This document shows, piece by piece, positions 14,401 through 26,400 of a stretch of DNA of 64,000 nucleotides. The notes under the pieces were generated by a model, which made no database searches, was not told the DNA's origin, and was given only the letters and a program-made list of their open reading frames with translations. The number at the start of each line of letters is the position of its first letter. The first letter of the stretch is position 1. Origin of the DNA: Callorhinchus milii. Taxonomy: Eukaryota. The stretch lies in the NCBI RefSeq assembly GCF_018977255.1, contig NW_024704834.1, positions 62,001-126,000 of the forward strand, written 5' to 3'. A program made the translations under genes and the position numbers.

Positions 14401-17400
14401 ACCAATAACATGCCTTTGTATTTGATTTCCAATCACGCAGGATACTCATAATTAAACTAACAAAACTTGTACTTAACCGGAAGTTCTTTATCAATCCTAG
14501 TTGTTGTTGTTGTAGCTGTTGTATTTACCAACACGGTCACTGCTCCTTACGGTAAATTCTGTGAAGCTTTGGAAGAGTTGTGCAGCATTATGTTTAATAT
14601 ATTTATAATTAAATTATATATAATTATAAATTATTTTAGATATATTATATATTTTAATATATTATATTTAATCAATGATGGGAATTTAACGATGGTTTAC
14701 AGACCATGATAGATTTAATGGTGCTGCACATTCCACGTATCCTCATACGTCAGGTGACATTTATAGGCTCACGGGGATGTAGGACAATAATAATATGTTT
14801 GGATAATTGATACAAGACGAAAGGTAAACGTGCAATGAAATTGATTTGCGGATAGTTGGATGGGAGCACAGGCTGGAGAAGCGATTAAATAATCAGACGA
14901 TTTGAAGTACAGAACAGGCAGTTTAAAGCTTTGTTATTCAGGTTTGCTTAGATAGGAGAATACATAATGCAGGGAAAGGTCATTTTAGCTTTCTTTTACA
15001 CTTTATTTTTAGTGAAACAATCAGTCAATATATATTAAAGCTTTCATGCTCAGGATATGCCTTGACATTAATCGCCTTGAGCGTTCCTAAAAATATGACG
15101 ATAAAATCCAAAGAAACAATGGAAATGTTCCTCTCAATTGAACATCAACAACAACAACAAGATTCAATTTACAGAGCGTCTTTCACGTCGGGAGGACGTC
15201 TCAAGGCGCTGTACAGTTGGGTCAGGACCCAAGAAGGGGGGTAATGGTCATGGTGAGGGGAGTGAAGGGAGAGAACGAGGAGGGTGTAGAGAGTCGAGAG
15301 GGGAGCTGAAGGCTCGGTCAAAGAGAAAGGTCTTGAGAACAGCCTTGAAGGAGGAAAGGGAGGAAGCGAAGGCGAAGGCACTGGGGAATAGAGTTCCAGA
15401 TCATCGGGGCTGAGAGGCTGAAGGCCCGGCCACCGATGGTAGGGCGGTTGAGGCGGGGGATGTGGAGCAGACCGGAGCCAGAGGAACGGAGGGTACGGGC
15501 AGGTAGGCAGCGGGACAGTAGGTCAGAGAGGTAGGAGGGAGCGAGGCCGTGAATGGCCTTGTAGGTGAGGATGAGGATCTTGAATTCGATCCTCTGGGGG
15601 ATGGGGAGCCAGTGGAGGCGAGCGAGGGTGGGAGTGATGTGGTCCCGAAGCCTGGTGCGGGACAGTACACGAGCTGCAGTGTTCTGAATGACCTGCAGTG
15701 TGCAGGGAGGGCCGGGAAGGCCGACGAGGAGAGAATTCCCATAGTCCAGCCTTGAGGTGATAAAGGCGTGGACCAGAGTTTCAGCCGCGTGAGGGGTGAG
15801 GTAGTGCCGTAGTCTGGTGACATTGCGGAGGTAATGGAAGGAGGTGCCAGTTGTAGCGCGGATATGAGGGAGAAAGGACAGCTCAGAGTCGAACAGAACC
15901 CCGAGGTTCCTGATGGCTTTGAGAGGTGGAGAGTGCGGCCTTGGATGCTGATGCTGTCAGCGCCTGAGGTGCGGAGGCGCTGACGTGAGCCAATCAGGAG
16001 GGCCTCAGTTTTGCGCACTTTGAGCTAAAGAAAGTTGACTCTCGTCCAGGACTCGATGTCAGACATCGGTGGTCGTGGAGTTGAGGGTAGAGGAGGAAAG
16101 GTAGAGTTGGGTGTCATCCGCATACATGTGGAAGTTAACCCCATGTCTGCGGATGATGTCACCACAGGGGGAGCATATAGAGGGTGAAGAGGAAGGGACC
16201 GAGAACAGAGCCTTGAGGGACACCGCACGAGACAGTGCGGGGCGTGGAGGAAAAACCATTTGTGGAGACAAAGTGAATACGGTGGGAGAGGTACGACCTA
16301 AGCCACTCAAGGGCAGGGCCTTGAAGTTAGAGGTGGAAGGACAAGCCGTGGAGGAGGATAGCGTGGAAGACCGTATCGAATGCTGCCGATAGGTCGAGGA
16401 GGACGAGGAGGCAGAAGGAGCCCTGGTCACAGATGGTCAGGATGTCATTCGTGACCTTGACCAGGGCAGTTTCTGTGCTATGGGCAGCACGGAAACAATT
16501 CAGTATTGTTAAGGAAAGAAAAAAAACAGAAGCAAAGATTTAACTTGATATGTATTCAATTTGTGGAATAGATCATCAGAGCAAATACAATATCTTCTTG
16601 TCTTCTTGTACATATTTAGCACCTATCACCCGTCTTTGTATATGTATAGCGTCTTTGAGCACTTAATGGGGCAGAGCTTGACCTGAAATACTGCAACACT
16701 ATTTCTGAATCCATCCTCCTTGAGTCGACGTTGAAATAACATTAGGAAGAGCTTCCTGGAATCCTGTAGCTCAGTGGTTAGAGCACTCGCTTCGCAAGCG
16801 AGAGACCTGAGTTCAATTTCAGGCAGAGGGCGAAACCTTGGGCAAGTTTCCTTACTCCACACAGAGCCTAATAATAATCCCTCCAAAAACCAAAAACAAT
16901 AACAAATTGGTCATTTTGAATGCACGACTGTTTGTGGGATATTTCTGTGCGCAATTGGCTGCCGCTTTCGCCCACAAATATACAGTCAATTCACTTTACA
17001 ATGTGTTCTGTGAAGCGCTTTGGGACGTCCTCCTGACGTGAAAAGCGCTGTATGAAATGCAAGGATTATTATTATTATTATATTATTATTGTTATTCGAC
17101 CTTCTGTTTCTGTCTGTCGGTGTCCTACTGTCTCAGGCGCTCTGAGACATTCATAATATCAAAGAACCGACCAGCACAAAAAAAAGTCCATTCGGTCCAT
17201 CGAGTCTTTGCCGTCTCTTTCAAAAGAGCAATGTAACGTCAATCCCACTCCCCGGCTCTTTCTCCATAACCCTGCAAACCCGTTTTCCTCAAATACCCGT
17301 CCACCGCGTTTCTAAAAGTATTTATCGAATCCGCCTCGACCATTTCAGGAAATGCCTTCCAGATTCGAACAACTCGCTGCATGAAAAAAAAATATTTTCA

Positions 17401-20400
17401 CCTGCCCTCTGCTTCTTTTAGTGACTGATTTAAATCTTTAACCTCGAGTCACCGACACACCCACCACTGTATCAGTTTTTTTCCCTTTCTAACCTATCAA
17501 TTCCCCTTATGACTTTGAAAACCTCTGTTAGGTCTCCTCGTAACATTCTCTGCTCCAATGGGACTAATCTTAGCCTCTCGCTTCCACTGCACTGAACATT
17601 CAACTTCATAATGGACCTGAGCCTTCGCCAAAGTGAGCGTCTCCTGATGCTGACAGCGCGGCTCCACAGCCCAACTCCTTACACACCAAAGCCGTGTCCA
17701 GCATATCCCAGACAGAGCCATACACTGTTCCGCATTTCGTCCATGGTAAAACTTCTGATTTATCGACACACGGGCTGCCCCCTTTCGCCAGCCTCAAATG
17801 ATCTGCAAAAACATGATCTGCCATAGTATAATCAGTAAAATAGATTTGTATTTGATATGCAATCACGCAGGATAATCATAATTATAACAATAATCCTCAT
17901 AATTGTACTTAACCGCCGCATTGGCCTAAACAGACATCGTCCCTTACAGGAAGTTCTGTGAAGCGATGGAAGAGTTTTGCACTCTTTTTTAATACATTAT
18001 CCAATACAGACGAAATCATGAATGGGAATTCACAATGTTTTAAGAATAAAGTATATTTAAACGTGCTGCATCTGCGTATCCGCACATGTCCCCTGGCACT
18101 TACGTGTTCAGCACAATGTGGGAGAAATGCATTTCCCATTTGATAATTCATACAAGAAGAAATGTAAAAGTGAACGTGAATCCACGTGCGGATGGAGGGA
18201 TGGGAGAGCAGGCTGGAGAAGACGACTTGAGGAACAGAATGAAGATATAATAGTCGTGTTACTGAGGTTTGTGCAACAATAAGGTGAGGACAGACGCAAC
18301 ACAAAATGTCTTGAAGTTCTGGGATAGATCATCAAAGCAACAACATCCTCAATTTGTACGTATATAGCGACTGTCACCCAGAGTATCATCTCTGGGCAAT
18401 TAATAGGTTAGAGGTTGCCTTGGAAATCTGGAACACTCTTGCTCAATCCCTTCCCTGTGACTCCTCTTTTAGATCATATTGAAAAATCTTCCTGTTCAAC
18501 AGTGCTACGTTCAACTCTCCCTTTATCCAGGGTTGCTGTTGCTACAAGGCGGAGCGATTGTGGGATTGTTTTCAATGAAGCACTTATCATTATCCTAAGG
18601 ACATACTGTGTATTTCTATATATTTTAAATCATGCATGAAAACATGTCTGATTCCATGATTCCATCTCTCCTGAGCAGATAAAGGGAGTAAAGATAACGA
18701 ACATTGCCCGGCGGCGGAGGGCTTCGGTCCTGGGACAGCAGACAAGAAGTGTTTAATAATATAAAATAATATCAGAGTTCCTCAAACTGTGTTTAACCGA
18801 AAATATGAGGGCTTCCAACAATGATCAGGAAACGAATTATTCACCTGAGCAGATGACGCCGGCATCAGAGGAATGTGACCCAGGATAGTGACCCCAGGGC
18901 CGTGAGTAACAATCCCTCAGAGTAGACTCACTCCCTCTGCACTGAACTCGAGACGTCACAACGGGACCTGAGCCTTCACCAAAGTGAGCGCCTCCTGGTG
19001 CTGACAGCGCGGCTCCGCAGTCCAACTCCTTACACACCACAGCCGCGGCCTTCATATCCCAGGTCCCATAGCCATCTACTGTGCCCCATTGTCCATCGTG
19101 GTAAACCTCTGCTCTCCCGGCACACGGGCTGCTGCCATTCACCAACCTCACTAGACCTAAAAAAATGTCAAAAGCAGTATGTAATGTGTTTAATTTCCAT
19201 TCACACAGGATAATTCTAATTATAATAATAATCCTCATAATTGTACTTAGCTACCGCATTTGCCTGAACAGTCACTGTCCATTACGGTAAGTTCTGTGAA
19301 GCGATTGAAGAGTTATCAATGCGTTTTATCCAATACAGACGAAATTCTGAATGGGACTTTACAACAACAGCAACAACACCATTGCATTTATAGAGCGCCT
19401 TTCACGTCAGGAGGACGTCCCACGGCGCTGAATGCTTTTCAGAACCGAACAGTTTTAAAGTTGATGAAGCCACGTCTCCTCATATGACTCCCGGCACTTA
19501 CAGATTGATCGCATTATTCCGATTGTATAATTCAGACAAAGTAAAGGTTAAACGTGAAGCGGAACCGGCGTGTTGATGGTAGTACGAGAGCAGAGTGGAG
19601 CAGCCTATCAATTATTGAGCCGATTTGAAGAACAGATCGAAGGTATAAAAGTCGTGTTACTGAGGTTTGGATAAATAGGGAATTACATAAACTGGGGACA
19701 GTGTACTCAGGGAGCCTATCAACTTACATTCCAGTTAGACTCCTTTCTCAATAAGATAGTCAGTCAATATGTAAAGATTGTCGTGCTCAAATGGAAGACA
19801 CAAGTCGCCTTTATTGTTCCGAGTATTAAGGGGTTAAAATTCAAACAAACACAGAATATAGTCGTCTCCATTCAGTAATGTAAAGGAGCGAAATAGGTTG
19901 AGGGCAGACTCAACATAAGAAGCATTGAAGATGCGGGATAGATAATCACAGTAACAACAGATAATCTTGCATTTATTTAGCGCCTGTCATCCAGAATAGC
20001 GTTTCTTATCAATTGACAGCTCAGAACTTCCTATGCAACTCTGGAATATTCTTCCTCAATCCCTCCTCCGTGACTCCTCTTTTAGAACATATCGGAAGAC
20101 CTTCCTGTCCACATTACATCCGGTCACTTCTCTCTTAAACCTGGGTCGGTGTCGCCGACGAGGCGGATTCATTGTTCTCGATTATCCTGAGGACATACTT
20201 TGTATTTCAATAATTTTAGTCTAAATCTGAAAACAAGCCTGATTCAAGGATTAAAGCCTCTCCTGAGCAGAAAAAGAGAGAATAACGAAAGTCTACATTG
20301 AGTGGCGGAGGTGGGCTGAGGTTAGAGGGCAACGTGACTCCCCAAACTAAGGATTTAATAATAAACTGACCTAATGTGGAATATATGCTTTATCAGAGAT

Positions 20401-23400
20401 TCTCAAATTGTGTTTTACCTAAAATACGAGGACTGAAAATATGATCAGGGAATGAATTATTTACCTGAGCAGTAGACACCGACATCACGGGAGTGTGACC
20501 AGAACCAGGAATGGTGACTCCATATCCCTGAGCGACAATCCCTGAGAGCAGACTCGTTCCCTCTGCACTGAACATCATAAGTCACAATGGGACCTGAGCC
20601 TTTGCCAAAGTGAGCTCCTCCTGGTGCTGACAGCGCAAGTCCACAGCCCAACTCCTTACACACCACAGCCGCGTCCAACATATCCCAACCATAATAGTCA
20701 GACACTGTGCCCCATTGCCCATCGTGATAAATCTCCACTCTCCCGGCACACGGCTTGCTTCCATTCACCAGCCTCAAATAATCTGCAAAAATGCCACAAG
20801 CAACAGGTATTTGTATTTGATTTCGGATCACGCAACCTGATCATAATTATAGTAATAATTCTCATAATATCACATAACTGCCGCATTTTCGTACACAGTC
20901 ACTGTTCCTTTCAGTTAGCTATGCGATGCGATTGAAAAAGTTTACACTCTGTGTCAACGCTTTATATCCAACAAAGAAGAAATCAAGTGACTTCACCGTG
21001 CTTCCAGAACAAAACTGATTTAAAGTTGCTGCAGCCACGTGTCCACATATGTCACCTGACATGTACAGGTAGAGCGCGGTGACTGACAACGCTATTCCGA
21101 TTGTATAATTCATGAAAGAAGAAAGGTAAACGTCAAGTGATATCGACGCGTGAATGTTTGGGCGGGAGAGCAGTTTGAGAAACCTGTCAATCTTTGAAAC
21201 GATTTGAATAACAGAATGAGAATATTAAAGTCGTGTTACGGAGGTTTCTATCAATAAGGGAATACATAAAGTCGGGACAAGGAGGTCGCGAAGCATATCA
21301 ATTTAACTTCCATTTTCACTGGATATATATATATATATATATATCCCTGTCAATATATATTAAAATTTACATTCTCAGGTAGAAGACACACATCGCCTTG
21401 AGTGTTCCCACTAATAAAGCGTCGAAATTCAAACATCCAGTGGAAATTGTCCTCTCCATTTAAAATTGTCAAGGAGAGAAATAAGTTGAGGACAGACTCA
21501 AAATGAGATGATTTGAAGTTGTGGGATAGATCATCACAGCAACAAGACAATCATCTTGTACGTATGTACACTCAGAAGAGTGTCTCTGATCAACTAACAG
21601 CTCAGATCTTGCTCTGGAACTCTGCAGCATTCTTCACCAATCCCTCCTCCCTGACTCCCCTTTAAGATCATATCAGAAGACCTTCCTGTTCGAAAGTGCC
21701 TATGGTCATCTCCTTCTTTCTCTGTGCTCAGTGACATGTCGACAAGAGTTATGGGACACTATCCTGAACAAGGAAATGGGAAATAAACCGCTTTATAAAT
21801 GATAATTGTTGCTGTTCACGATTGAAGTCTGTAGACAGATGGGGCTTGTGGAGGAATGGGGGTTTAACCAGGGTATTATGTTGTACGTGAGTAGCAGCAT
21901 CGTGAAAATGATCAATTCTGTTAACGGAAGCCAATGGAGTCTGGCAAGTATAACGTCAGCAGCAAATTGCATTTACAGTTGCTGTATTTGGCGACTTTTA
22001 TGTCAGGAGAATGGTCCTCGTTATGTGCGTGCGGAGTTTGATGGTGGTTAACATACATAAAGTACATTTAAATCGATCACGTAAATGATCGATTTAAATG
22101 TATTTTGTGTATGTTACCCTGGGGAGGAACTAATTTTAAAAAGTAACCTAACACTCACCTGTTTGGTTAGCTTGACTATCGACTTCTGGGCCTGAAACGG
22201 AAAAGATATCACCAGTTAGATATTTTAGAAGATTAGTTGTGATGATGAAGCCCTTTGACCTATGCAAGTGAGAGGCCTGATTTCAATTCCAGGCAGAGGG
22301 CGAAACCTTGGGCAAGTTTCCTTACACGACACGCCTAATAATAATCCCTCCAAAAAAACAAAGCAATAATAAATTGGTAATTTTTAATCTACGACTGGTT
22401 GTGGGACATTGCTTTGCGCAATTGGCTGCCGCGTTCGCCCACAATTATACGGTCAACTCACTTTACAGTGTGTTCTGTGAAGCGCTTTGGGACGTGCTTC
22501 CGACGTCAAAAAGCGCTATACCGAACGCAAGGATTATATTATTATTATTATTATTAAGACTATTGCTAATAATAATCCTTGCATTGGACGCCGCGCCTGA
22601 TCACATCATTGAGACGTCTCTTAGCGCTTCACAGAATATAATGTAAAGTTGCTGACTTGTCTTTTGTGGGTGAAACGCGGCAACGAATGAGCACTGCGAT
22701 GTCCCACAAATGATCTAATTTCAAGCTAAATAATTCCAAAAATATGAAAATTATTTTGAAGAAGACTTATAACAACACATGAGGATGTACCCTCGTTTGG
22801 CATGGAAAACTAATTTATGGACTATATTTAAAGATCTTATAACGAATACAAAACGTACATTGATATAGCTGCGTCGGTTGGTTTACGACCTACTTACACT
22901 GTATGATAAATAATCTGCGAAGTATCTTTACTTTTGACGTGAATTTATTTGGATATTATCACAGAACATACATTCTTAAAGCATTTTACTATATGCACTG
23001 AATTCTCTGACTAATTTATCTGAAACAATCCTCATAGGTTAGTTCAATGCAACTATATATATAATAAATCAATTTAATAGTTAATAGTTTTACAGGCAGG
23101 ACAGTAAAATATAATGTGTATAAAAGCTAAATAGTGCGCCAATAAAATCACGTGTGTGTGCTGTTCTTTGCTGTATTTTAACTGATCTACAGAACACAAT
23201 GAATACTAATTTGACATTGAGGTATAACATCTCAAAATGCTGACGCAGCGCGAAGTGAGCAGATGCTGCGGCGGGAGAGATGTGGAGAAAGGTGGCCATC
23301 GTCACGTGGAAAAGGAACATTTGAGGTGGGTTTCAAAGAGCCACTGTGGATGGGGAGAGGTTGCGGGTGAAGATGCAACAACAGCAACGTGGATTAGTTG

Positions 23401-26400
23401 AGTAGAAATTGGAAGAGCTGAACACTAGTGAGCCGGTGGTGGGGAATTGATCAGTGTCCCCAACTTGCGTATGTGTGTTTGTGAGGTTGTGTGAATGTGC
23501 GTGTTTTGGGGGGTGCGCGGGAGTATCAAATCTACAACCTACTGACTCGGAGGCGAGAGAGCGACCAAGAGATAGACAGCCGGAAACGCAACCTATACCG
23601 AAATAAGAAACCTACAGCTAGAATATTTTTAATTACTAAGGTGTCACTCATTTTAGATCATTTCTGTTAATCTATTAGTCACATTGAGTTCGGCATTACT
23701 GTGGTTATATGTTAAATGTGCAGAATCGCCTCTTGTAAACACATTAGTAAATTACAGCTTCACAAATGCGACATAAAAAGTTGAATATTAAATCTGAAAT
23801 AATCAGAGAGGTGACTGCTGGCCAGAGCCTGCTGAGGACAGGGAGCGGACAGATAATAACTGTTCTTAGGGAGTTCTGTACTTTCATTAGCATCATTGCA
23901 ATGAATTCTTCCTTCTTCGTGCAAGTAATATCTAACTGACAACAATACTGCTTACAATCTCGATTGTATAAAACCTGCTTTTAAAATATAATATGTTCGT
24001 GAATATCGAAGTCCCTGAGACGCCATTGCCGATGCTATAGTTATTTCTTTTACATGGATTAAGAGTCACATTGACACAGTTTTGAAGGATTGTAAATTGC
24101 GAGCACCTGGATAATGTGAGATGTAACAGCAGATTTTCATAATTTCCGTTGCATTGAATCACAAACTCAATGACAACGGATGTTTTTAACATCCGCCATC
24201 AGATTTCTCCAGTCACAAATTGATGAACATAAGAATACTACCTCAATTCAAACTAAATATTTCCAAACAATGAAAGTTATTTTGAAGAAAACGTATATGT
24301 AAATTAAAGAGGATGTACCCTCGATTGGCATGTAAAATTGATTGATGCAATATTTTCAAAGATCTTAAAAGGGATATAAAATAATTGATATAACTGCAGT
24401 CGTGTGGTGTAAGGTCTCCTAATTTATCTAAATTTTAAATCCAACAAATCAATTTAATGCTAATTTATTTTTACTGGCAGGACAGTAATATTTGATAGAT
24501 ATTAGGTTACCTAAATAGAGCGCCAATATAATCAGATATGTTGGTCCTGTTATGTCCTTCATGTTAGTTAATCTATAGAATGAACAATAAATTGACAATG
24601 CTGGAGCGGTTTTCACAGTGAGATAACGTCTCAAACCGCCTGACACAGCGGGAAGGGAGCGGGAGCTGCGGTGACGGAGCTCCGGAAGGAGGAGAGAAAG
24701 ATGAACAGAGTCAGGTGGAAAAGGCACATTTAAGGCGGGTTTAAAAGAGCCAATGTGGAGGGGGAGAGGCTGAGGGAGGAGATGGCAGACAGCGGGACCT
24801 GAACAGCTGGACACTGGTGAGCAGGTGGTGGGGAATTGAGCTGCCGAGGGAGCAGTCAGGCCGTGGGGCTGTGGCTGATGTTCAGTGGAATGAGGCCACG
24901 CAGTGACTTAAACACCAGCAAAAAAAATACATTCAATCTTGTTCTGGCTCCAAATCCACCAGCAGATCCAATTGAGCATCTTTTATCCTGGAGGAGTTTG
25001 CTCTCTACAGCTCCTTCCAACACAAGCTCCAGACCACCCGGACCCTGTGGGTCCTGTCCTCTCCAAATAGCCATGTGAGGCAGCGCTGACAGACTGCCAT
25101 GGCTGTTGCTGGAGAGGACAAGAGCCGCAGGATCTGGTTGAGCTGCAGCTTGTGTAGGGAAGAGCTGGGGAGTCAGGCTGAGAGGGCATTAGTCAAATAA
25201 TAATAATAATAATATGGTTACTCAATCCAAGTCTGTGTTGGACACGGCTGTGCACAATTAGAAGCTGCAATTTCTCTTTAAAGTCAATTTACTTGACGCT
25301 GCATCATGTGAAAGTCTCTGAGTTGTCTTGAAGACATGATCAGTCACAATAATAATAATAATAATAATAATCCTTGCATTTGATATAGCGCTTTTCACGT
25401 CGGGAGGACGTCCCAAAGCGCTTCACAGAACACACTGTAAAGTGAATTGACTGTATATTTGTGGGCGAACGCGGCGGCCAATTGCGCACAGCAATGTCCC
25501 ACAAACAGTCGTAGATTCAAAATGATCAATTTATTATTGTTTTGTTTTTTTGGAGGGATTATTATTAGGCGTGTGGAGTAAGGAAACTTGCCCAAAGTTT
25601 CGTCCTGCCTGGAATTGAACTCAGGTCTCTCGCTTGCAAAGCGAGTGCTCTAACCACTGAGCTGCAGGACTCCACAACAACATCTGCAAGAATTTTGGTT
25701 ATTTAAATCACACGAACACACAACTGTATGACTATTATCATTATTATAATCAATACTGGACGTGAAGAAATATTTTTTAGTACATTTGCAACAAGGGTGC
25801 AGGTAGAGTGATTAATATGCTTCTCCTGCAAGTGTTCACTTATTATTTATGTTTATTTTCCTTTTTACTCCTCGTCATGTTTGTGTTCAATATAAACATC
25901 AAAGCCGCTGAGGATCAGAGAAGTGAAGCCATTCCCCGACACTGTCCTGCAAACCTGAGCTACTGCATCTCAGCTGCAGTTACAGTGAGGACAGAGACAC
26001 AGAGTCACACACACAGGGCGGCTGGGCTCTGGCTATGGTTCTGTGGATGATGGTCCCTATGTTATTGATTTAATGTATGTTTTTCTCAGGGACCTGCCCT
26101 CGGCTGTCGCTCAGTTAATGCTCTCAATCTGTGATGATCCAATCCCCCAGATCGATAACCGTCAATAGCAGCGGCGCAGGACGGGAAGCTTCAGCCGGTG
26201 TTTACAACACGGGGACTGGGAGCTGTACATAAACTCCATGTGTATTGGTTTCTTATAGAATGGAAAGGTTGTAAAATCTTTAGATTAACAAGTAGAAGAA
26301 AAAATAAAATAAATGATTTTGAAAAATGCCTAACAGTTTGTAAATATCTTTGAAACAATCAGTATTTTTTTTATCTCCGCTTCTAAATCAATGCAGAAAA

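Noticed and set aside
16838-17041. Recurrent MGKFPYST... ORF family
   Set aside because: Chance translation of SINE copies
22892-22935. Alternative leader exon ([10 protein letters not shown], donor gtaagt) on the minus strand
   Set aside because: No in-frame ATG before an upstream stop; 27719-27764 is a much better signal-peptide exon
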